A stretch of DNA of 63,543 nucleotides, filler included, from Stramenopiles sp. TOSAG23-6 (GCA_900128565.1; 11 parts of 11 records of this genome joined end to end with filler, not necessarily neighbours in it), one strand, 5' to 3'; shown: positions 21,244 to 34,184, counted from the whole stretch's first letter. Numbers and translations are program-made. Notes: generated from the letters alone by a model not told the origin.

Positions 21244-24200
21244 TTAACAAATGAAATTTCTGAAATATTCAATTACATCTGTCATAATGGTTAGGTATTG
21301 ATCCGAGAAAGTTTTTGAACAATTGCATTCTTTTGCAAGTGTTATAGCTGTACGCACTGCAAACTCTGCGTCTTTGTACTTATGCCGTCGCGATAATGCG
21401 ATTCCAATATTGAAACATTTTACAACAAAAACTTCTATGAATTCTGATGGAATTGGGCCAAGATTTTCATTTGAAATTCTACTGGTATCAAAATCTGTGC
21501 AAATATCTGTATCAATATCCATATTTACACAAAACATTTTTGGCGTATGAAGAGATGTCGAAGTACATGATTTTAACATAGAATCAATTTTCAATATTTG
21601 TTTGTACCACTTTATTTCTTCCTCAAAAGTGTTACAATGCTCAATTAATTTGTGAATTAGACTAGCAATATGCCGACCGCTCCATTCATTCAATGGCTTC
21701 TTCATATATGTTTGGAGACTTAATTCTAATGCTTTTAACGCTACTTCGAAAATAATACTTTTGCATACAACTTTTAAAGACGCTTGATAGTTTTTTTCAA
21801 GTTCAATTGTGATTATATTCGTATCAGTATATACTTTAAGAAGCCACGTAAAAATAAGTTCGTATAACTCTTCATTTGGTTTGCATGAAGTGACCAACTT
21901 TTCAAATGCCAAATGTAAACTAGTTCCTTCATCAGAGACAACGAAAGTAGCAGCTCGCAATTGAAGAATTGCAAATACCTCGGAAGCTTCAAGTGAAGGT
22001 AGATTCGAATCAAAAATCATAGAGAAATTAAAGACAATTTTGTCAGATGTAAAATTTTGCTTTCCAAAAATTTCAATGGGAGTGTATTTGTCAATCAATA
22101 ATTGTAACTGCGAAATAGAAGCCAAGGCGTTTTTAGCGTGTTTTTGCAGAGAAGAAATTTGGGTTTTATATGTATCAATACTTTGCATATCATCAGTAGT
22201 ATTTGAAGATTTTGTATTGACACTTTCCATCAGCGCTGCCCAAGTAAAATTACAACACTCGACATATGTCGCTGAGCAAAATAAGTGAACTTCTATTTTA
22301 TACTTTTGAACTTTTTGTTTGTCGGTTTGTATTTTTTCCAAAACTTCCAAAAGTTGAAAGGTTATACTAGCAAATTTAATACTAATTTCGCATTGTTCGA
22401 AAGTATCTATACCGAAATTCACAGCTATTGACCAACTGCAATCAATAAAATAGTTTATCTCCGTAATAAATTTTACTAATACGTGATCTTTGTCATTATC
22501 AATAGTATCACTATTAATCTCTTTACCATTTGGGTTACTGCAAGTTTTTTCTACGTCATGAGTAACAGCATCTATTAAACTTAAATTTTCTGTCGTTTCT
22601 TTCAGAAATAAAATGAATACATTAAAACACCTTAATTGACGCATCCAGATAGGAACTGTATATGGTATTAATTGCATATATTTTGAATTTGATTTACACA
22701 TGGTTATAGTATTCGTAATACTACACACATACGAGAGATCATGATCATTTTCAAGATTTGTCAATTCTTTTAGAAGTTTTGTGAAAAATATTTCAACAAA
22801 AATCTAAAAACAATTGTTAGGTACGAAATTTCGTATGAAAAACAAATTAAATTAGAAATTCATATAAAACGTACAAGTTCATGAATAATTCTAGGTTTCT
22901 TATAATCGACTTGAATATTTTGAACTATTTTCCGTTGATTTGTATTTATCGATGATTTTTCATTTTTGTGAAATACACATAACTCTAAAAGTATTGCCAT
23001 TGTTTTGGGGAATTTAGATGATGATTTACTTTGGATAATATATTTTAGATTTGAAATAACTTAGATATGAAATTTGGATTTGATACAAAAAACAAATATA
23101 ACAAAATGTCGTATGGAAAAAAAATAAATTTGGAATTCATGATGAAAAACGTATTGAAATAAAAACTCAAAAAAAATGTTTTTGTTTCACAAAATTTCGT
23201 ATGAAAAATAAATTTGAAATTCATGATAAAAACTTACTTGATACTTTCACTGATCGAATTAATGCTATAATTAAATCTTGTGAATTAGGAAAAGTATTTA
23301 AAAGTATTTCATAAAAGAGAGATGCAACTTCAATACATTTTGATACAGGAGATGCGAGCATTACATGAAATAATTCAATTTGATAGTCAACTGTTTTTTC
23401 AGAACTATTTCGAATCAATTTACTACAACGATATTCTGTGTATTGTATAGCAGAGCGACCACACCGAATTGCGTCATGATCATATATTGTGAAAAAATAA
23501 ATCTAAAAATTAATTCTTTAGTTAGGTATAAAATTCCGTACGAAAAAAAAAATTTGAAATTCATAATGAAAACGTACTTGTGAGTGATTACACCAAACAG
23601 ATGAATACAACAGTGACATGGAGTGATACAAATTTGCAAGTAATTGTCGTACAAAATCAATAAATGTATCTGAGAATTCATTACTACATTTCGTCAAAGA
23701 AGAATCTTCATACAATAATAGTTTTTCAAACAAACGAAAAAACTTCAGTATTATTGAAAAATATTTTACATTTGGAATTCGTTAGGTACAGAATTTGGTA
23801 CAAAAAAAAAAATTCAATTTTCAAAACGTACAACAATATAATCAAAATAATTGGAGACATCTTTTTCATTATTGTGTTTTGAGTTAATGATGTCCGATGC
23901 ATCATGTGAAATTTCAGAATCTTTTAAAGAAGATGTATCAGCCTCTTTTGTTCGAATGATTGAGTTTGAAGTTTTGATCACAGAATGAAAGTTTGTTAAA
24001 TTTCTATGTGAATAATTCCAAAGAAGATTTAAAAATGAAGTTAGTAAGGTTTTATCATCCATTCCCACTAAAAGATCATTATCTTGCATTATACCTGCTT
24101 TATCAGTTCTGTCAGTTATGGATACTCTTCCAGCTGATCTTTCAAATAACAATTTATTACCTTTGCAGTGTTTTTCAATGATAACTGCAGCAATGGTATA

Positions 24201-25637
24201 CGCATGGTTATGAATTGACTGACATCTCTTATAGCCCATAGTATTTATCAATTTATCAGAACAAATTTGTTCTTCGCCATTCATCATAATATTTTTATTT
24301 TCACTATTATGATCAAGGTCATACATCTTACCTTGTGCATTATTTAAGTCATTTTCTTTTGTTATTGATTCACCACCATCTATTTTACATATCAGTTTTT
24401 GAAATAAATTCACATAAATTTGACCGGAATAGTTCTTACAACATGAAGCGAAATTCTTATTCAAAGAAATCGCCTCTTCATTCCAAAAAAGCGCCTCCGA
24501 GACAGCATTATGTGCAGATCTTAGAATATAAAAAGTTGCTGTTTCCATTTCTCGAGATATTGATGATAAATTGTCTGATGTAGTTATGAGCATTTGTTGC
24601 AACATTTTCGAAGCATCTTGGATTTTCTTTTGACGACATAAGATTAATATATGAACAAAACACGTACTTAAATGCAAAGGATCTGAAATAAATTCATTTG
24701 TTTGTGCTGCGTTATATTTCTGATGTATGTCCTTAGATCGATCAATACAAGTCAGTGCGGCTTCGGAATCTCCAATACGAGCAAAACATTCCGCTGCAAG
24801 CAGTAATGATTTTTGCATTATTGAAATATAGAAAAATGTCATGTTTGCATTTTGCCCAGTTTTTTTATTACACATCATATTTGCAATAGAAAAAGACTTC
24901 TCAAGCCACCATGTCGCAGCTTCATACTTGGCTTGTATAGAAAGATCACTACCTGAGGTATAGAATGATGAAATAACTCGAAGGGAAATTTCCATTGGAA
25001 GTAATAGTAGAGAAAGAGATTGTATTTTTTCAACAGAAGTTTTTGCACTTTTTTCATCATTTTTATGTAAAGAACATTTTATATGACCAAGGAGAACATC
25101 ACAGATACAGTGAAGCATCATCTCACGTTCGACAGTATCACCCATAATCCCACATATTCCAACGGTTCCTCCTGCTTTATCAAGCATTTGTAAAGCCATT
25201 TCAAAACAATTATCCGCTTCATGAAAACCTGGGGGTATACCTTTCAGCCAAGCTCCACCACATTCTCCATACATACGTATAATATTCAATGCATCTTGTC
25301 GAGTAGGAGGATTACAAGAAGTGATATCAATGATAATAACTGCTATTTCACACAACTCTATTACAATAAGAAATCTTGGTTGAGTAAACCTTTTGCAACA
25401 ATTATAAAGTTGCAACGCTGTGTTGCGAAGCTCTCTGACATCTCCATCAAATTCTGATTCATCAAATGTATCTAGCGTAGATTGAATATCCATTTTTGCG
25501 TTTTCTAGACATTTTTGCAAGTTTTCGTGATGATCTTTATCTGACGTTGACTCAATTAAAGAGACTGCACGAACAAGTTTAGAAATGAGTTCTTTGTATC
25601 TAGCAGTTGAAAATTTACTCCCTTCATGACCAGGCAT
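21244..25637 (-). CDS. Meiotic ZIP4/SPO22/TEX11-like TPR protein; exons 25637-23832, 23745-23578, 23481-23238, 23023-22875, 22773-21244
   Basis: YEAATWWLEKSF and C-terminal KCFNIGIALSRRHKYKDAE resemble TEX11/ZIP4; four phase-compatible family introns. Confidence 0.7.
22774..22874 (-). other. Family intron GT-TT
   Basis: CTT|GTACGTTTT...CACAAAACTT|CTA, phase 0; the next AG is out of phase. Confidence 0.7.
23024..23237 (-). other. Family intron GT-AT with internal duplication
   Basis: GTAAGTTTTT start, two CATGAATT/CATACGA modules, phase 1. Confidence 0.6.
23482..23577 (-). other. Family intron GT-AT
   Basis: Phase 0; joins ORFs 23518 and 23221. Confidence 0.75.
23746..23831 (-). other. Family intron GT-TG (or GT-AG 3 nt further)
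   Basis: Phase 0; TG lies 21 nt from AAATAT; AAG alternative ends at 23743. Confidence 0.6.
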
Positions 25638-26043
25638 ATTTCGCAATTTTGCCGAACAAAGTCAAAGGTCTCTTTAATTAAATATGAGCAATGCCTTTGT
25701 TTCGGTGTATACCTCTAAAGCTTCTTACTTGGCACTATTAGTACTCCAGTATGTACTAGCTAGTATTATTTATACTGTGTGTAAGTACGACAAAAAGTAT
25801 CGATCGACCCAATGGTCAAAATCGTGATCTGATTGGCTTGGGTATCAAAAATATCAATTAAATTTAAATTCGAATTTCGATTTTTTCGGACATCAAACAA
25901 GGTCAACATCATGCGCATGTTGTTGCATTACCGGATTACCATACCAATCCAATCTCGAATCCATATAATATATATGGAAATCAATACAGTAATTGAAACT
26001 AACAAACATCAGCACGGTTTCAAAATAATATAGCCATTTTAGA

Positions 26044-26475
26044 ATGACAAAAACATCAGTGGCTTTTCCGCATTGTAACGAGCCAAAATCGTTCACTTAC
26101 AATACTCCATTTATCCTAATAGCACGTGTCCAAGTAAAACCAGGTAAAGTAAAGCAATATCTCGAGATTGCCAACAAGACAGATGAAGGAGTCCAAAATA
26201 CGGAGCCTGGCATGCTTCACCATACATTTGATGTTTCACCAGATGATGATCATTCATTCACGTGGAGCGAAGTATATCAGAATGATGCTGCATTAGGTGC
26301 ACATCTATCGTCGTCAGTTGTTGCTGAGTATTTAGAAAAACATGCTCCATTCTGTGAAAGTTTTGCAGTCGAAATATACGGAACTCTTGGCGAAGAAACT
26401 GCTACAGCAGTAACAAAACTACCATTTCCCGTAAAGGTCTGGAAGACGATGTTAGGTTACTCTCGCATTAAGTAA
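26044..26475 (+). CDS. ABM (antibiotic biosynthesis monooxygenase)-like dimeric alpha/beta barrel protein
   Basis: IARVQVKPGK...EPGMLHHTFD...WSEVY...AHL. Confidence 0.85.
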   Translation: MTKTSVAFPHCNEPKSFTYNTPFILIARVQVKPGKVKQYLEIANKTDEGVQNTEPGMLHHTFDVSPDDDHSFTWSEVYQNDAALGAHLSSSVVAEYLEKHAPFCESFAVEIYGTLGEETATAVTKLPFPVKVWKTMLGYSRIK

Positions 26476-26650
26476 TTAAATTAAAAAAATATGGAATATT
26501 GATGAAATTATGTCGTGAATATTCCGTATCATAACAACCAGTCTACCACACAATTTAACAAATTTGATTGAGATTAAATTCTTTATACTTTTATATTATA
26601 TATACATATTGATGATTTATCGAGACATACCCATCATAATTCGGAGCTCC

Positions 26651-27205
26651 TTATTTTTTCTTACCCCGATTGCTAATAATTTCCTCAACTTCTTTTCGAA
26701 GGTCAAGAATCGTTTTCGCTGCTTCAACTAACACTTCAGCTTTGTTCATCTTCGGTCTTTGCTTTTCAGGGCTGCCTCTGCTAAAATTGCGCCAAGTACC
26801 GACAGGTAGTTTTTCAATCGGTGTCTTTGGATAAAGAAGCATCATAAGATCGTCATAGCGATCGTTCATTGCTTGGCGTCGACGTTTTTCTCTACCATTT
26901 TTCCTTACTCTTCCACATGGAAGAAGATCACCATCTATATCCTTTTTTGATTTGCTTATTTTTTCTTTACGGCCCAATTTATCACATATTCCAGAGTCTA
27001 CGTCGGGCTTTGATGAATTTTCCCGGTTGAGAATTGTTGATTTCTTTGTAGTCATCTCTTTCTTATTTCGGACTTTTGTCGATTTTGACTTCGTCGTTTT
27101 CCTTTTTTTCTGCTTTTTTGTCGATTTTCGTCTAGCACTCGGGTTGGAAGCATTAGATGTATTCATTTTATCACTATTCTTATATTGACCGATTCCATCA
27201 TGAAT
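26651..27205 (-). CDS. bHLH transcription factor, last exon
   Basis: KNGREKRRRQAMNDRYDDL...KMNKAEVLVEAAKTILDL. Confidence 0.85.
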   Translation of the reverse strand: MHDGIGQYKNSDKMNTSNASNPSARRKSTKKQKKRKTTKSKSTKVRNKKEMTTKKSTILNRENSSKPDVDSGICDKLGRKEKISKSKKDIDGDLLPCGRVRKNGREKRRRQAMNDRYDDLMMLLYPKTPIEKLPVGTWRNFSRGSPEKQRPKMNKAEVLVEAAKTILDLRKEVEEIISNRGKKK

Positions 27206-27359
27206 ATGTATTTTGGAAAAATATTTCAAAAAAAAAACTTAAATTTGTTAGGTACAAAANNNNNNNNNNNNNNNNNNNNNNNNNNNNNNNNNNNNNNNNN
27301 NNNTTAATTAATTAANNNNNNNNNNNNNNNNNNNNNNNNNNNNNNNNNNNNNNNNNNNN

Positions 27360-27637
27360 TGGGCTTCAATTTAGCACTTGGATCTAAAAGAGGCATTGAT
27401 TCCTACATCTATATGTATTTGGCGGATTTTGGTCCAACGTTTTTCCTTAAGTGGGTTTTGTTTTTGAATTAAACTAATTTTAAGAGGTTTTTTGAAAATG
27501 CCATTAAAATGGCTTTCAATTCAAATAAAAAAAAATTGAGGACCACTTAAGGAAAAGCGTTGGACCAAAATGGGGCAAATATATATAGATGTAGGAATCA
27601 ATGCCTCTTTTAGATCCAAGTGCTAAATTGAAGCCCA
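27360..27637. repeat. Imperfect inverted repeat, ~94-bp arms with ~90-bp spacer
   Basis: 27360-27453 is the reverse complement of 27543-27637 with a few mismatches. Confidence 0.85.
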
Positions 27638-28066
27638 GAAAATTCAGGAAGTGAAGTTGTCTTAATTTCAATGATGCGATTTTGCTGTGGTGGAGACGCA
27701 AAAATTGCGCATTGATGGAGCAGAGATACAATATTTTTAGTAGCATTTTCTGGATCTACGGGTAAAACTATTCTAGGAAACATGTCTAATGATACAATAT
27801 ACATGAATTTATTGGGTTATTAAGCCAATTTCTAATTTTTTGATTTTTCGTGATTTCGAGTATCCGGGAGCCTTAACGTTACAGTTACAATTCTTTTAGA
27901 CACATGTCTTACCTACAGGTTTTAGCTTTAAAAATTCTAAAGTACTTTTGTGTAGCTTACTAAAATAGAAGTTACTTATAGCTACGAAAATATTTTACGT
28001 ACTTGGAGTATAGTATACACTAATATCAACTTTAGGCCTTATATTCTTTTATTTATATAAGCACAC

Positions 28067-29408
28067 ATGGGCGGATCACAAAGTATAGAGAATATCACAA
28101 TATTTCAGGATGAGGATACGATTTCTGCGTTACATTTCTTGAAAAGTGAAACGAAATTGAAGAACCTTTGGGGAAAACTAGACTTAGACTGCTGCGGATA
28201 TATAACCCTTGACTCATTAATGAATGAATTACCCCATATTCCAGGATTCGTCACAAACCCTAACCCTAGTGGGAAAAAAAAAGTCACAAACAAGTCAGAA
28301 AATAGTAAAGCTAGCCCAGTACTGCGAGCCTTCAAAGCTACATGTTATGGTAGTGGAAGGATTGGTGACAACTTTGTGGAGCCTACAGAATTTCACTTAT
28401 TACTGCGTAATATTCTATTTTTCGATCGTTTATGGTCTGTTTTTGATAGCATAGATTCAAGTAACAACGGTGCAATCGAAATAGATGAATTTAAACAAGG
28501 TTTGAAACGTCTAAAAATTCAAATTGATGATGAAACAACCAAGAAAGTTTTTACTGAAATGGACGGTCAGAAGGATGATGGCCACGTTTTGTTTAATGAA
28601 TTTTGTAAGTCTATTGCGCAGATTTTAACTCCTAAAGATAGCATTGTTTCACTGCATGAGAAACATTTTGATAATCCTCCTCAAATGCCACCGCATAAAT
28701 TAGCTAAAAAAAAGAGGAGAAATAAAGCAGGTTTGTGTTTCACCGATGCTACACAGGAAGATTTCGAATATCACGAAATGGCGACTACGGGCTTGTCCAG
28801 TATGAAAGAATTTGACGCACTTGAAAACAAATTACGACTCGAATTGAACAATTCAAATTCTTTACAATTATGTATGTTTTATTTTTTTGAAAATTTGATT
28901 TTGATTTTTTTTTTCGTACGAAATGTTGTACCTAACAAATTGTTTTATATTTTTTTTTGAAATATTTTTCCAAAATACAGTATGGAAATCATTTGATTCC
29001 AATGGCGATGGAAAAATATCGTTGAAAGAAGTTGACTCGTTGATATCAGAGAAATATCCATTGCTTAATAACAAACCTGCTTTAATACGGGCATATAAAA
29101 ACACAATACACGAAAATAAATTTGGTGATGATTGTATCGTTTTCCCAAATGGTCTAAAAACGCTTATTGGAAACATATTTTCTTTTAATAAACTATTGAA
29201 AGTGTTTAGTGATATTAATGTCAGTGAAGGTCGACTCCTTGACTTTGGAGAGTTTTGCAGAGGTATCTCAAGAGTAGGAATTTGTCTACGTATTAAAACG
29301 GCTCAAAATGAATTCGAATTGATGGACGAAAATGACATTGGTAAAATTTCTTTTGATGATTTTTGTGTGTGGATTGCGCAGCAGAAGTTGAGTAGTTCAT
29401 TAAAATGA
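28067..29408 (+). CDS. Myristoylated multi-EF-hand (flagellar Ca-binding-like) protein; exons 28067-28871 and 28981-29408
   Basis: MGGSQS start; DSSNNGAIEIDEF, DSNGDGKISLKE, DENDIGKISFDDF. Confidence 0.85.
28872..28980 (+). other. Family intron GT-AG
   Basis: Full consensus but ending TACAG; gives LQLLWKSFD; anchors the family register. Confidence 0.85.
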
Positions 29409-29605
29409 TTGTATGAATATGTAGAACATTTGATTGTACATAAGTTGAGTAGTACATTAAAATGATTGTATGAATATGTAGAACATTTGATTGTACATAT
29501 CATTTACTTTTACACGTTTATATTTCGAATAAAAATATTGTATACACACAAGAAAATAAATGATATTATTTTTTAATACTTTTTATTGTACAATAAGGAA
29601 ATATT

Positions 29606-31060
29606 TCAGATTTGATGATGTTGTTTAAGTGACATATTTATACCTTTAATGGCTAAAGAAATGCTATCCATTGGAACACTTTGCTTACTAGGTCGACTCT
29701 CAATTACTTTTTTACTAGATGTTTTATTCCTTGAAAAAGAATCAATCAAATCTTGCTTCGGGGATTCTCCTGGACTATCCGATTGTTTCATTTGAATGTT
29801 TTCATACAGTTTAGCTATTTCAAGAGCTTTTTCAATTTTTTTTCGAGCAATTTCTTTTTCAGCCAGTAGTGCATCAATCTGTTTTTGTGCTTCCAATGCA
29901 GTTTCCTTCCATTCGTTTTTTTGTTTCTTTTCCTTTGATTGAGCTAACCAAGCTTCTTCACAAGATTCTACTGCTTCCTCAACTTGTGTTGATGCCTCCT
30001 CAAGTGAAGTATTACGCCATTTCATATGTTCTTCTGCAAAGTTGGACATTTCAGTGGACTCATGAGACTCTCTTTGAAACATCAATTTTTGCTGCTTCAT
30101 ATTCTTATCATGTATCATGAGCTGATTTTCAAATTCACGATTTACTTGAGCAGAATACATGTGTAAATGTTCATCCCTTAATAAATGAACCTTTTCAATC
30201 GCCTCTCTGCATCGATTTTCCCATGACTTACACTCATATTGTATAACAAATTTTAAAGCTTTTGCTTCCTCTTTCTCTTTGTCTTTCAACTCATCGACCA
30301 ATAAGGAATATTTATATTCTTGTTGTACATTATTTACCCGAATTAAATTTGAATGATCTAAGGCAATTTGGTTTTTATCTTCATGATGCATTTCTAACTT
30401 TTCTTGGCAAAACTTTAGTTCTTCTTTTAGATTGGATACTTCAGATTCAAAACGCAGACGGTCTGTCTCTGCTTCTTCTGAGATTCGCCGTGCACGTGCC
30501 GCCATTGTCATTTCTTCATTTTTTATTTTGATTCTTGCAAGCGCAGTCGCTCGAAGTTGAGCCATCGTATGTGCCTGCTCTGCTTCTGCGATTTGATGTC
30601 TAAAAGAATTATTTTGGATTGCTTCTTTTGGAAATTGAACATTCGCAACAGAATGCTTAGTATTAAACAAATGTTTTTGTTTCTTATTATTAGTCGCACT
30701 TCTTTTTATTGCGCGTATTTTGGATGCATGAGCTTTTTCTTTATTTAAATTGCCCAATCCAATATGACCCAACCAAGAATCAACATCAACAACTTCGTCC
30801 TTATCATTGACACTTGACATGTTTACATTTCCTTTAGGTATGAAATCTGGTACGGATGTAGTCTTTGAGTCTTTGTTTACTTGCTGTAGTACTGATTTTG
30901 ATATTTTTTGTGTTGGAATATTTATGTTAGGAGATAATATCTTTACGTTTGTCTTTTGTCCTGAAATTATTTTCTTTGTTGTTATCGTAGTTTGACGATT
31001 GATCTGATTGTTTATTACTGGGGATGTTTTTGGAGGTGGTGGTGGTGGTAGTAAAGTATC
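29606..31060 (-). CDS. Pro-rich/coiled-coil protein terminal exon
   Basis: Long ORF following family intron 31061-31161. Confidence 0.65.
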   Translation of the reverse strand, partial: DTLLPPPPPPKTSPVINNQINRQTTITTKKIISGQKTNVKILSPNINIPTQKISKSVLQQVNKDSKTTSVPDFIPKGNVNMSSVNDKDEVVDVDSWLGHIGLGNLNKEKAHASKIRAIKRSATNNKKQKHLFNTKHSVANVQFPKEAIQNNSFRHQIAEAEQAHTMAQLRATALARIKIKNEEMTMAARARRISEEAETDRLRFESEVSNLKEELKFCQEKLEMHHEDKNQIALDHSNLIRVNNVQQEYKYSLLVDELKDKEKEEAKALKFVIQYECKSWENRCREAIEKVHLLRDEHLHMYSAQVNREFENQLMIHDKNMKQQKLMFQRESHESTEMSNFAEEHMKWRNTSLEEASTQVEEAVESCEEAWLAQSKEKKQKNEWKETALEAQKQIDALLAEKEIARKKIEKALEIAKLYENIQMKQSDSPGESPKQDLIDSFSRNKTSSKKVIESRPSKQSVPMDSISLAIKGINMSLKQHHQI

Positions 31061-31418
31061 ATGTATTTTGGAAAAATATTTCAAAAAAAATTCGTTAGGT
31101 ACAAAATTCCGTACGAAAAAAAAATTCGATTTTTTTGTTAAAAAAAATAAATAAAACATACCTTCCCTTCTAGCATACAATTAAATACATCTAAAAATGT
31201 CGGAAATGAAATATATGGGGATGCGAGCTTGCTTACTATTTGTTTCAAAAGTAGCTTTTGAGATGTAACCACAGGCCATGTCTGGTGAAAAATATGTTCT
31301 ACATTTTTCAATTGGTTAAAAAAATATAAATTTGAAATTCATGATGAAAAAAAATATTTAGGTACAAAATTTCGTATGAAAAAAAAAACTCGGTAAAAAA
31401 TTCATGATAAAAACGTAC

Positions 31419-32265
31419 ACGAACAGCGTTGAAAAATTTGTAAAATTTCCTCTTTGGGAATTTCATCCTCGGTTTTATTTGGATCTTTGAATTCTTTAGC
31501 CATTTCTATAAACGTCGGCTGGAAATGAATACGTACAAATTTGTTGGCATAATTTCTCTTATTATTGTTTGCTTGACTTTCCGAATTATTCTTAGGGTTA
31601 GGGGTAGACTTTGGTAGTGATAGGGTTAGGGCTGAAGTGTTTTTGATTTGTTTCATTGCAGATTTTGCTTTACTTTTGTTCATTTCTGATTCTTTTGTTT
31701 TTGTTTGAAGCTTCGATTTTGCTTTTGTGTCTCTTACTTTCAGTGTTGTAGGGTTAGGATTAGAAGACGAATTAGTGAGAAATGGAAGGTGCATGTCTGT
31801 TTTTGGACTAGCGTCACGAATATATCGTATTGTTGATGTCTCTGCCGCAGCTTCCCATTCGGCAATACCACCATAAACACTTTTGAACTCATCTTTTGTA
31901 TACATATGTCCATCTAATGGATCAGCGCGTCTTTCTAAATGTTTTTTATGTTTTTCTTTTGTTTTTGATAAATTATATTCTTCAAGCGAGTCAGTGCTTA
32001 ACATATGAGACTTCTCGCTGAGTAAAGTCTCTGAAGAATCTGACAAATATGAAGAATCTGACGTTTCTGAAGAGTCTGACATTTCTGAAGAGTCTGATGT
32101 TTCTGAAGAATCGGATGTATCTTTATCAGAAGTTACATTTGTAGTAGTTCCACCACTTGTTTTGACAGACTCTGCCGCATCCCATTCTTTCGTTCCACCA
32201 TACACTTCAATAAACTCATTCCTTGTATACTCTTGACCATCAAATGGATCTATTTTGGTAGACAT
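31419..32265 (-). CDS. First exon with two DPxDGxxYTxxEFxxVYGGxxEWxAA motifs
   Basis: Motif occurs twice; Ser-rich linker; ends at family donor 31418. Confidence 0.7.
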
Positions 32266-32517
32266 TACTAATTTCGCTTTCAAATAGTACAGGTTTTAAA
32301 TCGGTAAACCATGTATATATTGCCTGATAGAGCTTAAATATTAATAGAGGATGCAAGATGATATAATACGACGACGGAGGGAGAGGAGGATACGCTAAAA
32401 AAATAACGTAAACCAGAAACCCTAACCCTAATATACCTCGACCTACCTAACGCATGATCGCGAAAGACAAATAAATTCGAAATCCAAAATAATTAGCAAA
32501 ATAATATTCAGAGATTA

Positions 32518-33945
32518 TCAAACTGCTCTTTCTTTATAATTATGAAAATCACCAGCAATTAAATGAGGAATTATCATTGAAAGTGTCCATTTACCATTTG
32601 ATTTCGTAGCAAATATTGGTTCATTTGTAAATATTGAGTTGTTTACCTGTTTTTTTCCTTTAGGTACGAAATTTGGTACGGATTTCAACAGATTTTTTAC
32701 ACTATTTTTTGGATCTTTCATTTTGTCTTTTTGATTAGGGTTAGGGTTATCAATACACATATTTTGATTATAATTGTCGAGCAGAAATGTACAAAGAGCA
32801 AAACTTGAAAGTGATTTTGGTTTGATTCGCAAAATGTCTAAAAATATCATCAAAAAAAATATGTCAAATTTGAAATTCGTTAGGTACGAAAATGGAAACT
32901 CAAAAAAAAAAAAAAAAATCTTTTAGGTACGAAATTCCGTATAAAAAAAAGAAATAAAAACTGAAATGAATGATGAAAACATACACGAAATCTCAGAGTT
33001 ACGGTGATTCATAGCATATGATAATAATTGATAAAACGCATTTGATGACACAACAGAAAAATTGTTTTCATCTTTTGGTATTTCAAACCCTAACCCTACA
33101 TAATTTGTATTATTAGGTTTATTATTAGGGTTAGGGTTTCCGTCCATTTTTTTTTTTGAGTCTATTTTGAAATCATTATTAATTATTAAACATTTTTTAC
33201 TACAATTCAACGCTTCAATACACATGTTGTGTTTTAAAAGTATAGAAACGGATTCACTTAATTGTCCAGAATATCCCAATAAATAAGCATATGCGATTTG
33301 CTGTTTCTTTATTAATTTTATTTCATATTTTTTTTTAGGGTTAGGGTTTTTTTTTTCTATTTTTTCTTTTTTTTTCGATTTATTTTGAAAATAATTGTGT
33401 ATAGAATACCCATTATATGTATAAGGTAAGCAATGTAAAGCACGGATCGATAAATCACGTAAAATATTCCATTTATAACATCTATATTGTAACCCTAACC
33501 CTAAAGGCATATCTGCTGAATAGTGTAGGAAATCCGTACCAAATTTCATACCTAACGAATTTGAGGAGTATTTGGCAATAATTGTATTACACGTAAATTC
33601 AATGAATGGCAATAAAACTTCTGGATATAAGCAATAATATAATCGGCAAAGTACTTCAAATATATACGTGTATCTATCATAATCATATTTTTCATTTTTT
33701 TCATTTTTTTGTTGGTTTAACCCTAACCCTACCTTCACATATTGTTTACCGGGTACCGTACGTATATATTTCGTATGAATATTTTTCATTTGATTTGTAT
33801 GAGGAAATCCATTTAATAATAACTGATTTGATGATGGGATTTTCATGTTTTTTTTAACTCTAGGTATAGAATCTGGTACACATTTATTAGGGTTAGGGTT
33901 GAGATAGAAAGATAAATTAGGCATATCAATACAATTTTCCATATC
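32518..33945 (-). CDS. Unknown helical protein, 3' part; exons 33945-32985 and 32843-32518
   Basis: Frames joined by family intron 32844-32984 (GT-AT, phase 1). Confidence 0.55.
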
Positions 33946-34184
33946 ATGTCGTATGAAATAATATTTAAAATATTTTTTTTTAAGTACAAAATTTTGTATG
34001 AAAAAATATAATTTTTTTTTTTTTGATTTTTTTTTTTTTTTTGTTTGGTACAAAATTTTTTTTGAAAAAAAATATTTAAAAATTNNNNNNNNNNNNNNNN
34101 NNNNNNNNNNNNNNNNNNNNNNNNNNNNTTAATTAATTAANNNNNNNNNNNNNNNNNNNNNNNNNNNNNNNNNNNNNNNNNNNN

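Noticed and set aside
28872-28980. Family as standard U12 (minor) introns
   Set aside because: Donors are GTAYGT, not RTATCCTT, and spacing from TACCTAAC is too long; a divergent minor system is not fully excluded
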